Assembly (NCBI RefSeq): GCF_001017655.1
Contig: NZ_CP010904.1
Location: forward strand, 1,560,001 to 1,592,000
Direction of reading: 5' to 3'
DNA: 32,000 nucleotides
Origin: Kiritimatiella glycovorans
Lineage (GTDB): Bacteria; Verrucomicrobiota; Kiritimatiellia; Kiritimatiellales; Kiritimatiellaceae
Shown here: in pieces, positions 23,582 to 32,000 of the stretch
Numbering within the stretch: the first letter of the stretch is position 1
Layout: each line of letters starts with the position of its first letter
Notes under the pieces: model-generated
What the model saw: the letters and a program-made list of their open reading frames with translations, nothing else
What the model was told of the DNA's origin: nothing
Databases searched by the model: none
Translations under genes and position numbers: made by a program

Positions 23582-24649
23582 ATGTGTCCGCTAAGATTCA
23601 GCGAATTACGTCGCCGTGCGGCGGGACAGGAGTCCGGCCCCGCGGAAAAAAAAGAACAGCCTGAGCCGGAAGCCGCGCAGGAACCTCCGCGCGGTGAAGA
23701 CGTGCAGGAGCACGCCTCCTCCTCTTCCGGAAAGATCGGCATCGAGAGTGCGATCGAAGAGATGGGCATCACGGCCGAAGCGATCGATGGGAGCGCGCTG
23801 TTCAAGGCCCGCCGCGATGCCGCCGAGCTGCTCGGTCAGCTCCGCTCCGACGAGGGACTCAACCTGGGATGGCGTGATATCGCCGGGGTCATTGAGCGCC
23901 TCGACGCCGCGATGGAGACCGAACTCGGCGCCTTCTGGGCCGAGGTACTCCGCATGCCCGAACACGGGGACGCCTCCTGAGAACGGCATGTTCTCAACAG
24001 CATCATCGTCGTCCTGCATCTGGCACGCGCGCTCAAGCTCCCGCGGCGCGATCAGATCGGCCTCGGGGCCGCCGCCCTGATTCATGACATCGGGGCGGGA
24101 CAGGGCGTATCGCTTCAGGACGTGGAGGGAAGCGACGAGCGTAATGCGCTGGAGAAGACGGCCCACATCGCCCGGAGGCTGGGCGCGCCGGACCGGATGC
24201 TGCGCGCGCTCACCGAATGCAAGGAGCGTGCGGACGGGTCGGGTACGCCGAATCACCTCCGCGGCAGTCAGATCAGCTCCGAAGGACAGCTCCTGGGCCT
24301 CGCATGCGAATTCGAGCGGGTCTACCGCGAACAGTGGGAGCACTTCGAATCGAGCGGCGAACCCTTTGCTCCGGTGATGGTGATGCTCAAGCGCAATCGC
24401 GACCGCTTTGCGCCGGACGTGCTGAAGGCCCTCCTGCTCGCGGGCGGATTCTACCAGGTGGGCGCGATCGTCGAACTCAACAGCGGCGCGCTCGCCCGCG
24501 TCGTCTCACAGAATCGCGGCGCGCCGCTGCGTCCCCTTGTCGAGATCGTTCTCGACCGGCACGGCAACCATCCCGAACGGCGCCAGATGCTCGACCTGCG
24601 CGAACATCCCGCGCTGTCGATTGTCCGTACCGTCACGAGGGGAGGATGA
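23582..24649 (+). pseudogene. Degenerate HD-GYP-like domain protein interrupted by one in-frame TGA (23978-23980)
   Basis: ORFs 23582-23980 and 23981-24649 are in the same frame. The stretch between the TGA and the first possible start (GTG 24122) encodes HVLNSIIVVLHLARALKLPRRDQIGLGAAALIHDIG, which is the HD signature region. Downstream, CKERADGSGTPNHL corresponds to HHExxDGxGYP with substitutions. Only the first ORF has a good RBS. Confidence 0.7.
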
Positions 24650-24656
24650 TATCCCG

Positions 24657-25766
24657 ATGAAGAAGATCCTCGCGATTACAGCAGCCCTGACCGGAGTCGT
24701 TGCGCTTCTGGCCGGATCGGGCTGCGTGGCCCGCCCGCCGGCGGAGGAATCCTCGCAGGAGGTGACCCAGGAGCGCGAGCTTCTCGAGGCGCAGAAGAAG
24801 CGGATTGTACGCCGACTCAACGAGATGCGACACCGCGAGCAGGAACAGATCCGCGAGCGCCTGGAGGCGGTCGCCTCCCGCGAACCGCGTACGGTCAGGC
24901 TGCAGGTCGACGACGAGATCGAGGTCGAGGTATGGCTGCGCGACATGCTGCAGCAGCAGGACGGATATCCTCTTGAGGACACCATCCCGACCGACGGCCG
25001 GGTCGTCATGCCGAGCATCGGCGAGATGAACTTTTTGGACAGGACGCCTGAAGAACTCCAGCAGGAGATCCAGAGCGAGCTCGACCGACTCCTGAACGAC
25101 CCCGTCGTAAAGGTCCATGTAAAGAAGCACGTAGGCGCCAAGGTATCCATCCTCGGCGAAGTCCAGATGAACCCCAACCGCGACACGGGACCGGGCACCT
25201 ACGAGATCGAGGGGGAAACGCTGCTCTCCTCGTTTATCAGCGAGGTCGGGGGCTACACGGACGATGCGGATATCCGCAACATCCGCGTGACCTACGCGGA
25301 CGGGGAGACGGAGGTGATGGATCTCCAGCGCGTGCTGGACGGTCACATCGAGGAAAACATCTTTCTCACCGGCGGCGAGACGGTCTACATCCCCGAGATG
25401 TCGCGTCGCAGCCATGTGATCATTCTGGGCCATATCGCGCGACCGGGCGTCTACCCGCTTGACGAGGGCATGATGCTCAGCGAGCTGATCGCCGATGCCG
25501 GGGGCAGGGATGCGCAGGGCACCGTCAGCCGCGTGATCACGGTCCGCGGCGACCAGTACCATCCCGAGGTCATCAAGTCGAACCTCCACCGCTTCTACAC
25601 CCGCGGCGAGCCCGAAGAGAACCTGCTGCTCGAACCCGGCGACACGATCTACGTGCCGAAATCCTTTCTCACGCTCTACGAGCAGGCGCTGCGCGTGATC
25701 CTGCTTCCGGTTTCGACCGTGCGTGACATCTATTTTCTCGAGGATCAGATCCAGGACGACGACTGA
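24657..25766 (+). CDS. Wza-like outer-membrane polysaccharide export lipoprotein (Poly_export + SLBB domains)
   Basis: The ATG at 24657 has GAGGGGAGGA upstream. Lipoprotein-type signal MKKILAITAALTGVVALLAGSGC. Motifs are DGRVVMPSIGEMNFLDRTPEELQQEIQSEL, VSILGEVQ and VIILGHIARPGVYPL..GMMLSELIADAGG. TGA stop at 25764-25766. The ORF track start at 24537 overlaps the previous gene. Confidence 0.85.
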   Translation: MKKILAITAALTGVVALLAGSGCVARPPAEESSQEVTQERELLEAQKKRIVRRLNEMRHREQEQIRERLEAVASREPRTVRLQVDDEIEVEVWLRDMLQQQDGYPLEDTIPTDGRVVMPSIGEMNFLDRTPEELQQEIQSELDRLLNDPVVKVHVKKHVGAKVSILGEVQMNPNRDTGPGTYEIEGETLLSSFISEVGGYTDDADIRNIRVTYADGETEVMDLQRVLDGHIEENIFLTGGETVYIPEMSRRSHVIILGHIARPGVYPLDEGMMLSELIADAGGRDAQGTVSRVITVRGDQYHPEVIKSNLHRFYTRGEPEENLLLEPGDTIYVPKSFLTLYEQALRVILLPVSTVRDIYFLEDQIQDDD

Positions 25767-25824
25767 ATCGCAGGCATGGGCCTGACAAACCGAGGGGGGA
25801 GCCCGGGGTAACCGGGACAGACCT

Positions 25825-27465
25825 ATGGCATTTGAAGAACTGAGTCTGAAAGACTATCTGCAGATCCTCTACCGCCGGCGCAGGGTGATCCTGGTGGTGT
25901 TTCTCGCGAGCATCGTCTTTACCGTCCTGATCGCCTTCAACCAGGAAAACATCTTCCAGGCGGAGTCGCGCATCAAGATCCAGCGCCAGCGCACGCTGGC
26001 CGATTTCATGTCGCGACTGCAGCAGGCCCGGCCGGTGGACACGATCGAGAACTACCTCAAGGAGATCACCAGCTACCGGGTCCTGCAGCGCGTGGCCCGA
26101 TCCATGTATCCGGAGGATCCCGATGTGGACCAGCGGGCGGCGGATCTCCAGGAGATGATCGAGGTTGAACGGCTGGGCAACACCGACCTGATCAGCATAA
26201 GAGTCCATTCGACCTCCGGTCAGAAGGCGATGGAGATCGCGAACGCCGTCTCGACCACCTTCATCCAGTACCATCAGGAGAACATCACCCGCAATGCGCG
26301 CCAGGTTAAAGAGCAGATCGAGGAGTGGCGCAATCAGATCATGACCCAGCTCTACACCGACGAGCGCGCGCTCAAGGAGTTCCGTGAAAAATACGGGGTC
26401 ATTGATCTCGAGGCCGAGGGCGAAAATCTCGTGTCCCAGATCGCCGATCTGCAGTCCGAGCAAATCGCCATCGAAGGCGAACTGAGCCGGCTCGAGGGTC
26501 GTATCACGAAATGGAACAGGGCCGTAGACCGCTACCTGAAAGGGGACCCCCGCTCCGGCGGGGATTTCTCCGCCTTCCAGGGACTCGTATCCGACAGCCT
26601 CCACCTCACCGGCGTCAAGGACCGCATCTTTGAGCTGCAGATGGGGCGCACGGAGATCATGGGCACGGGCAACTACACGACGAACCACCCCCGCATGCAA
26701 CTTTTCGAGGTCCTCCTGCAGAACGCGAAGAAGGAGGCCGGTGAAGAGCGGCGCCATATCGTCATGACCCGGATGGAGGATCTCGAGAACCAGCGCGCCG
26801 GGCTGGAGGCGAAGAAAGCGCGTATCGACGACCAGATCGAGACGTTTAAGGCCCAGCTCCAGGAGATCCCGGAGCTGGAGCGCGAGTCGCGCAAGTACGT
26901 CCGGCGCACGGACGTCTCCGAGACGCTCTACACCTTCCTCAGCCAGAAGCTCGAAGAGGCGAAGATCTCCGAGCTCGAACGCGCCGAAATCGCTTACGTG
27001 GTGAGCCCGGCCATGACCGCGGACGAGATCCATGCGGGGCGGTTCCGCACCTCGATCGCAGGGCTCCTGCTGGGACTCGTTCTGGGCGTAGCCATGGCAT
27101 TCGTGGCGGAAAACCTGGACACGAGCATCGCGACGCTGGAACACGTCGAGCAGCTGTTCAAGATCCCGGTCATGGGCGTCGTGCCGCACATTGAGCGCGA
27201 ACCGGAGCCGGGCGAGGACACCGGGGAGTCCGCGCAGCCGGCATCGCGGCTGGCCCGGACCGGCCGTGCGGCCATGGGCATGGCGCGCAACGCCGCGGAT
27301 TACATCATGGCGACCCACTCGAACGTGCGGAGCCCGCACGGCATCGAGATGATCACCCAGCTCGATCCGAAATCACCGGGAGCGGAGGCATTCCGCACGA
27401 TCCGCACGAACCTCGAATACTACAGCCGGCCGCCGGGCGCGCGCTCGATTCCCGGAATGCCCTGA
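25825..27465 (+). CDS. Wzc/GumC-type polysaccharide chain-length determinant, 3'-truncated (tyrosine-kinase domain missing)
   Basis: It has an N-terminal Wzz motif region (LKDYLQILYRRRRVILVVFLASIVFTVLIA), a long periplasmic coiled coil and a second TM segment (IAGLLLGLVLGVAMAFV). DPKSPGAEAFRTIRTNLEYY normally precedes a P-loop kinase domain. Here the frame runs only 15 more non-homologous codons to a TGA. Confidence 0.8.
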   Translation: MAFEELSLKDYLQILYRRRRVILVVFLASIVFTVLIAFNQENIFQAESRIKIQRQRTLADFMSRLQQARPVDTIENYLKEITSYRVLQRVARSMYPEDPDVDQRAADLQEMIEVERLGNTDLISIRVHSTSGQKAMEIANAVSTTFIQYHQENITRNARQVKEQIEEWRNQIMTQLYTDERALKEFREKYGVIDLEAEGENLVSQIADLQSEQIAIEGELSRLEGRITKWNRAVDRYLKGDPRSGGDFSAFQGLVSDSLHLTGVKDRIFELQMGRTEIMGTGNYTTNHPRMQLFEVLLQNAKKEAGEERRHIVMTRMEDLENQRAGLEAKKARIDDQIETFKAQLQEIPELERESRKYVRRTDVSETLYTFLSQKLEEAKISELERAEIAYVVSPAMTADEIHAGRFRTSIAGLLLGLVLGVAMAFVAENLDTSIATLEHVEQLFKIPVMGVVPHIEREPEPGEDTGESAQPASRLARTGRAAMGMARNAADYIMATHSNVRSPHGIEMITQLDPKSPGAEAFRTIRTNLEYYSRPPGARSIPGMP

Positions 27466-27632
27466 TAATTCCGGGCGGAGGGACCGTATTCCGGTCCGGG
27501 ATTGAAGATCGGGGATCCGGTTAAACTTATCTCCACCTCCCCGGGGTTCGCTCCTCCGGCCGTGACCGACAAAAACGCGCCGGAAAAAAATACGGCCGCC
27601 GCGGTTGCGACAATCTTTCCCTTGTACCTCAT
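27420..27632 (-). pseudogene. 5' stub (70 codons) of a secreted sialidase/BNR-like glycosidase gene
   Basis: The ATG at 27632 has GAGGAGAG 7 nt upstream. Signal peptide MRYKGKIVATAAAVFFSGAFLSVTAGG. IFNPGPEYGPSARNYQGIPGIERAPGGRL resembles the N-terminus of PVC exo-alpha-sialidase/BNR-like proteins (tentative), which normally continue with W-A-T-W. Here a TAG follows at 27420-27422. Confidence 0.45.
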
Positions 27633-27874
27633 CGTTCGACTCTCCTCTTCGGTGCTGATTTCTTTAACGGTCCCGTTTCACAGCTGTCTCAAAACGGATC
27701 GATCCGATAGAACGCCTTCGGCTCATCCGTCAGTTCAATCCGTGTTGTAACTACTCAGGTAGCCCCACCATGGCGCTACCACTGAAACAATCGTAGTCTA
27801 CCCCCCCCGAGCGCAACAGAAAAAACCCGATTTTCTGCTGGACTCGGATCGCGTGGTCTTCTACGCTGCTGACC

Positions 27875-28786
27875 ATGGCACAGGCTATGGTCATTCAGGG
27901 GCGGAGAATCACGGACGGCGAGATCGCCTTGATCCGGGATTTGATGGCAGAGCATCGGGACTGGGGGCGTACCCGCCTGAGCGAAGAACTGTGCCGCTGC
28001 TGGAACTGGCGCAACGCGCAGGGCCGTATCAAGGACATGGCGGCGCGCTCCCTGCTGTTGAAGCTGGAGCGACGCGGATGCATCGAGTTGCCGGCGCGTC
28101 AACGCCCGTCTTCCAATCATTTCCGCAACCGGTGCGTGCCTGCCGTAGAACCTGCCGCCGAACCGATTCGCTCTGACCTGAGCGCATTGCGGCCCCTGTC
28201 GGCAGACCTTGTCGCCCCACGTTCGGATAACTCGCAGTTGTTCAAAGGGCTGCTGGGCCGATACCACTACTTGGGCCATCGCAACACGGTGGGCGAGAAC
28301 CTGCGCTATCTGATCCGCGACCGGCACGGTCGGCTCGTGGCCTGTGCGCTGTTCGGTTCGGCGGCATGGAAATGCGCGGATCGGGATCGTTTCCTCGGCT
28401 GGGATCGGGCCTGCCGTGAACGCAATCTTCAGGCATTGACCAACAATACGCGTTTCCTGATCCTGCCCTGGGTCGAAGTCCCGCATCTGGCCAGCCACGT
28501 CCTCGGCCTCATTGCCCGGCGCATCCGGGATGACTGGCAGGGCAAGTACGCTCATCCCGTGCATGCCTTGGAAACGTTCGTGGACCGTTCCCGATTCAAA
28601 GGCACCTGCTACCGGGCCGCGAACTGGATGCGCCTGGGCGCAACGCAGGGGCGGACCCGCAACGATCGAGACCGCCGCATCCAGGCGCCGGTCAAGGACG
28701 TGTATCTGTATCCGCTCATCCCGGACTTCCGGCGGGAGTTGTGCGCACCCGCCTGCTCCCGAACCGAAGGGAGGGCGGGCAGGTGA
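27875..28786 (+). CDS. DUF4338-domain protein (DruA-like), copy 2
   Basis: The protein is identical to the copy 1 ORF, with one synonymous CTC/CTT difference. Confidence 0.7.
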   Translation: MAQAMVIQGRRITDGEIALIRDLMAEHRDWGRTRLSEELCRCWNWRNAQGRIKDMAARSLLLKLERRGCIELPARQRPSSNHFRNRCVPAVEPAAEPIRSDLSALRPLSADLVAPRSDNSQLFKGLLGRYHYLGHRNTVGENLRYLIRDRHGRLVACALFGSAAWKCADRDRFLGWDRACRERNLQALTNNTRFLILPWVEVPHLASHVLGLIARRIRDDWQGKYAHPVHALETFVDRSRFKGTCYRAANWMRLGATQGRTRNDRDRRIQAPVKDVYLYPLIPDFRRELCAPACSRTEGRAGR

Positions 28787-30294
28787 TGACACGCCAAGAG
28801 GCCGAAGCGATCTACGACGCCGGCAAGGACACCGTCGTGCGGGTGCTGTTGATGATGGACGCACGAATCCATTCACTGGAGCGTCAAGTTCAAGACCTGA
28901 CAAGCCGTCTTGACCAAAGCGATCAACGCGTCCGCCACCTGGAAGAGCAGCTTGCCAAGAACTCGCGCAACAGCAGCAAACCGCCCTCCAGCGACGGCTT
29001 CAAGAAACCTGCGCCCAAAAGCCTGCGCAAGAAGGGCAAGCGCAAGTCCGGCGGCCAGCCCGGCCATACCGGCCATACGCTCGCGATGGCCGACAAGCCC
29101 GAGCACACCGAAGTGCACCGTGTGAAGGAATGCGAACACTGCGGCCGCTCTCTAGCCGATCAATCCGTCGAGGGCATCGAAAAGCGTCAAGTCCATGACC
29201 TGCCACCCCTGCGGCTGATCGTCACCGAGCACCAGGCTGAAACCAAAACCTGCGCTTGCGGCCATCTGAACAAAGCCGCGTTCCCCGAAGGGGTCAACGC
29301 TCCCGTGCAATACGGCGAGGGGATCAAGGCTGCGGCCGTGTACCTGAAGAACTATCAGTTCCTGCCCTATGACCGAACCTGCGAACTGCTGAATGACTTC
29401 TTCGGCTGCCCGATGAGCGAAGGCACGCTCTGCAATATCATCACCCAATCCCACACGTTGGCCGCCGACCCCGTCGAGAAGATCAAGGAGTTGATCGAGC
29501 AGGCCGCCGTGGCACACTTCGACGAGACCGGCTCACGGGTAGACGGCAAGCTGTGGTGGCTGCATTCGGCCTCGACCGCACAGGCAACCTATTATGACAT
29601 CCATCGCAAACGCGGCCGCGAAGCGATCGATGACATCGGCATCTTGCCCGACTTCCTCGGACGCGCCGTTCACGACTTCTGGAAACCGTACTTCGGCTAC
29701 GACTGCCTCCATGGCCTCTGCAACGCCCATCACTTGCGCGAACTGATCTTTGCGCATGAGCAGCACCAGCAGGACTGGGCCGACCACATGATCGACTGCC
29801 TGCTCGACATCAAAGAGGCCGTCGATCATGCGAAGCAGAGCACCGACCTGTCTGCGTGCAACGCACAGGCAGGCCATCTTGCGGCAGAGCAGATCCAAGC
29901 CTTTGAAGCCCGCTACCAGCAAGTCCTCGACGAAGGCTACGCGCAGAATCCGCTGCCGCCGTTGCCGCGCAACGCGAAGAAACGACGGGGCCGCCGCAAG
30001 AAGACCAAAGCCCGTAACCTGCTCGAACGGCTCGACGAGCACCGCGATGAAGCGCTTGCGTTCATGTACGACTTCAACGTGCCCTTCGACAACAATCAGG
30101 CTGAGCGCGATCTGCGCATGATGAAGGTGCAGCAGAAAATCTCGGGCATGTTCCGAACCAAGGATGGCGCCCAAGCCTTCTGCCGCATTCGAAGCTACAT
30201 CTCAACCGCCCGCAAGAATGCCGTCGGCGCTATGGATGCGCTGACCCGCCTGTTCAGCGGAAACCCCTTCGTTCCGGCGCTCAATACCTCGTAG
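28786..30294 (+). CDS. IS66-family transposase (TnpC-type), copy 2
   Basis: It differs from copy 1 by two amino acids (E to K in FRT[E/K]DGAQ and C to R in LT[C/R]LFS) plus nine synonymous changes. Confidence 0.92.
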   Translation: MTRQEAEAIYDAGKDTVVRVLLMMDARIHSLERQVQDLTSRLDQSDQRVRHLEEQLAKNSRNSSKPPSSDGFKKPAPKSLRKKGKRKSGGQPGHTGHTLAMADKPEHTEVHRVKECEHCGRSLADQSVEGIEKRQVHDLPPLRLIVTEHQAETKTCACGHLNKAAFPEGVNAPVQYGEGIKAAAVYLKNYQFLPYDRTCELLNDFFGCPMSEGTLCNIITQSHTLAADPVEKIKELIEQAAVAHFDETGSRVDGKLWWLHSASTAQATYYDIHRKRGREAIDDIGILPDFLGRAVHDFWKPYFGYDCLHGLCNAHHLRELIFAHEQHQQDWADHMIDCLLDIKEAVDHAKQSTDLSACNAQAGHLAAEQIQAFEARYQQVLDEGYAQNPLPPLPRNAKKRRGRRKKTKARNLLERLDEHRDEALAFMYDFNVPFDNNQAERDLRMMKVQQKISGMFRTKDGAQAFCRIRSYISTARKNAVGAMDALTRLFSGNPFVPALNTS

Positions 30295-30491
30295 CCTCTG
30301 CCGCGGATGAACGGACCTCGCCGATCCTACTCGCACTCGCCCCCTCGCAAATCCAGGCGGAGCCATCCCGACTTGCCGCCATCGTCTCGATCCCGTATAG
30401 CCCATCTGGAATCGGCTAACGAGAACGGGCGACGAGAACGGCTCACGAGTTGGAAGCGCCTATCGTCCACCGCTCTCGTCGCCCGTTATCG

Positions 30492-31280
30492 TCAACCGTC
30501 CTCTGGGAGAGGGGTACCTGAGTAGTCACCCTGGCGGTTTATCGTGTAATGGGAAATGGCCTGAAGGTTCGGGCGGTGGCTCAGGGTGTCGCGCTGGATC
30601 CAGTCATAATGAAAACCGGCGGCATTCGTGTTTCCTCCCCTGTACAGGGTCTGAAACGTATACCGGAGGACTTCGTCCTCCGGGACCGTATGCCGGTAGT
30701 ACTGACGCCCTCCTCCGCTTTCGCCCACGCCGGCATTTTCGGGGTAATTGATATAATGCTGCATTTCCGCGAAGTCCGGGCTTCCGGCCTCGTCGCGCAG
30801 ATAGGAGGCGGCAAAACCTCCCCATGCGCTCCGATGATCCACCACAAGGTCCGCCGCTCCCGGAAACGCATTGCTGACGGATATATCCGTACTCCGGATG
30901 ACGCCTTTTTCCACTCCGGCATAATAGGGCACGGAGACCTCCCAGACGCCGCGCATCGGCGAAAACCCCGCCGGCCGTCCGGAAGCGTCGACTGTGAGTC
31001 CCGCATTGCGGTTATGCGTTTCGAACACCGCACCGACCTGCCGCTCGTCATCGCCGGGCGCCGCCATAAACCCGAATTCATGCGTCTCGTTGACGCCCCA
31101 CGTCTCATCCGGCGCATAGGTGAGGCTGAGTACATTCGTGGCGGAGGCCCCGGTCGAGAAGTGACCCGTTTCCGGAGAGGTGGAGAGGAATCCCATGTGT
31201 GCCGACGGGATGATCACGCGATCGCTCACGGTGTCGTCCAGTGCACGAAAATCCTGTGAACAGGCCAGCGCGAGCCGCAC
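30492..31280 (-). pseudogene. Hypothetical protein gene whose 3' end is replaced by IS sequence (genuine part 30530-31280 or longer)
   Basis: The minus-strand frame enters the IS right IR at 30529, so the last 13 codons (GDYSGTPLPEDG*) are IS-derived. There is no signal peptide and no RBS at the GTG at 31280. The frame is continuous with the upstream ORF except for a single TGA at 31317-31319. Confidence 0.6.
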
Positions 31281-31316
31281 GGAGGCGACGGGCGAGGTTC
31301 CGCTGAAGTTTCCGAA

Positions 31317-31814
31317 TCACTCCCGCGCCTCGTAGACGAAATTGTCCGATGCGATCCCGTCGTCGTTATGCACGACGTATCCCGTTCCGTCCGAGGCATA
31401 CGTCACGAACCGCACCTTGACATAGAGACGGTCCGCATGGCCGTAGAATCCGAGTTCCGCGAGCCCCGGCCAGGCGCTCCCGTCCTCGGCCCGAAGAACG
31501 ATGTTCACCAGGTGGAACTCGTTGAATACCGGTCCGGTGGCGATCGGATACGCATCCGGGGGGTCCCTGTCGAAGTTGAACGAATACCGGATTCCCGCAT
31601 CCACCAGCGAGAACTCCTTAAGGATCCACTCCGCGTCCCATCCGTCCGGCGAGAATTCGACCGAGGTGGACGGCACGGATCGGTCGTGCCGGATTTGCAG
31701 CGAGTAGGACGGGGTGTCCACCGCGGAATACCCGAGTGCCGTGGTAAAGCGCATATCCTCCGCAGCAGCCGCGAAGACCAGCGAAAGCAGGAGAAAACCC
31801 GCTATCCGACGCAT
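31317..31814 (-). CDS. Small secreted hypothetical protein (166 aa as read to the TGA)
   Basis: The preferred start is the ATG at 31814 (MRRIAGFLLLSLVFAAAAED, a signal peptide). The longer track ORF (to 31940) would overlap the upstream gene end. TGA stop at 31317-31319. Confidence 0.6.
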   Translation of the reverse strand: MRRIAGFLLLSLVFAAAAEDMRFTTALGYSAVDTPSYSLQIRHDRSVPSTSVEFSPDGWDAEWILKEFSLVDAGIRYSFNFDRDPPDAYPIATGPVFNEFHLVNIVLRAEDGSAWPGLAELGFYGHADRLYVKVRFVTYASDGTGYVVHNDDGIASDNFVYEARE

Positions 31815-31843
31815 TTTCCTGCCGGGCCTTTCAGCATTCCACA

Positions 31844-31999
31844 TCATTCGATCTCGACGAGGTGGTGGGGCACGAAATCTTTCGGGTCGGCGGGATACGT
31901 ACGCTGCCAGCCGCGCTCGCCAAAGGCCCCTTCGCCGCACAGGCCTCCGCGCTCCACGATTTTCTCGTCATTGGCGTCCATGATCGAGGCATCGATCTC
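31844..31999 (-). CDS. 3' end of an unidentified gene entering from beyond the window
   Basis: The minus-strand frame is open from the window edge: ...EIDASIMDANDEKIVERGGLCGEGAFGERGWQRTYPADPKDFVPHHLVEIE*. GC3 is strongly GC-rich. TGA stop at 31844-31846, 30 nt before the next ATG. It is too short for the ORF track. Confidence 0.45.
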   Translation of the reverse strand, partial: EIDASIMDANDEKIVERGGLCGEGAFGERGWQRTYPADPKDFVPHHLVEIE

Positions 32000-32000
32000 C

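Larger units (their letters stand above)
27747..30529 (+). mobile_element. IS66-family insertion sequence, copy 2 (2,783 bp), without target-site duplication
   Basis: It has the same termini and length as copy 1. I counted 16 substitutions by eye. The flanking 8-mers differ: TCCGTGTT (27739-27746) versus CCTGGCGG (30530-30537). Confidence 0.92.

Noticed and set aside
23978-23996. Selenocysteine insertion (SECIS) at the in-frame TGA of the HD-GYP-like gene
   Set aside because: The only hairpin is a 7-bp stem that includes the TGA itself. A bacterial SECIS is a longer stem-loop starting about 11 nt downstream of the UGA. No selenoprotein family is known to me for this domain. It is kept only as something to exclude formally.
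24506-27339. Minus-strand ORFs of 230, 318 and 556 aa
   Set aside because: They are antisense to the Wza-like and Wzc-like genes. They have low-complexity composition and no starts with an RBS.
15962-30529. Composite transposon formed by the two IS66 copies
   Set aside because: The outer flanks (GAAAGATC at the left, CCTGGCGG at the right) do not form a duplication. Copy 1 has its own complete TSD, showing that it inserted on its own.
1-32000. Genome-wide reassignment of TGA (genetic code 4 or 25) as an explanation for the in-frame TGAs
   Set aside because: TGA terminates at least seven well-supported genes at their expected ends, for example the PEP-CTERM protein right after RRRIR and the pilin-like, GPH, beta-helix and sulfatase genes.

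Overview
This is a high-GC bacterial chromosome segment. Its gene content looks like the PVC superphylum (Kiritimatiellota, Lentisphaerota or Verrucomicrobiota style): four formylglycine sulfatases, a DUF1559/H-X9-DG pilin-like protein and a PEP-CTERM protein. That assignment is inference from motifs only; no searches were run. Bases 1-15.9 kb are mostly minus-strand glycan-catabolism genes. They include a sulfatase plus MFS sugar porter pair, a divergent PEP-CTERM protein, and a tightly coupled operon (FAD oxidoreductase, pilin-like protein, GPH symporter, beta-helix glycanase, two sulfatases). The leading gene of that operon is split by an insertion sequence. Bases 15.9-30.5 kb are an accessory, decaying region. 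Two 2,783-bp, ~99.4% identical direct copies of an IS66-family element bracket 9 kb. In these elements a DUF4338 (DruA-like) ORF is translationally coupled to the transposase. The bracketed 9 kb holds a large uncharacterised secreted protein, short repeats, an IS30-family element, an HD-GYP-like gene with an in-frame TGA, and a Wza/Wzc-type polysaccharide export pair. The Wzc-like gene is cut off head-on against the 5' stub of a sialidase/BNR-like gene at about 27,420. IS copy 1 has a perfect 8-bp target duplication, which allows exact reconstruction of the disrupted 292-aa gene. Copy 2 has no duplication and truncates its neighbour. Other structures are a 4.5 x 37-bp tandem hairpin (terminator-like) array at 821-986 and a textbook terminator at 5338-5373. 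No rRNA, tRNA or CRISPR array was seen. The most novel-looking item is the IS66 + DUF4338 architecture. The second is the pilin-like and FAD-oxidoreductase genes embedded in the sulfatase operon. Many long ORFs in the supplied track are antisense shadows of real genes and were rejected.
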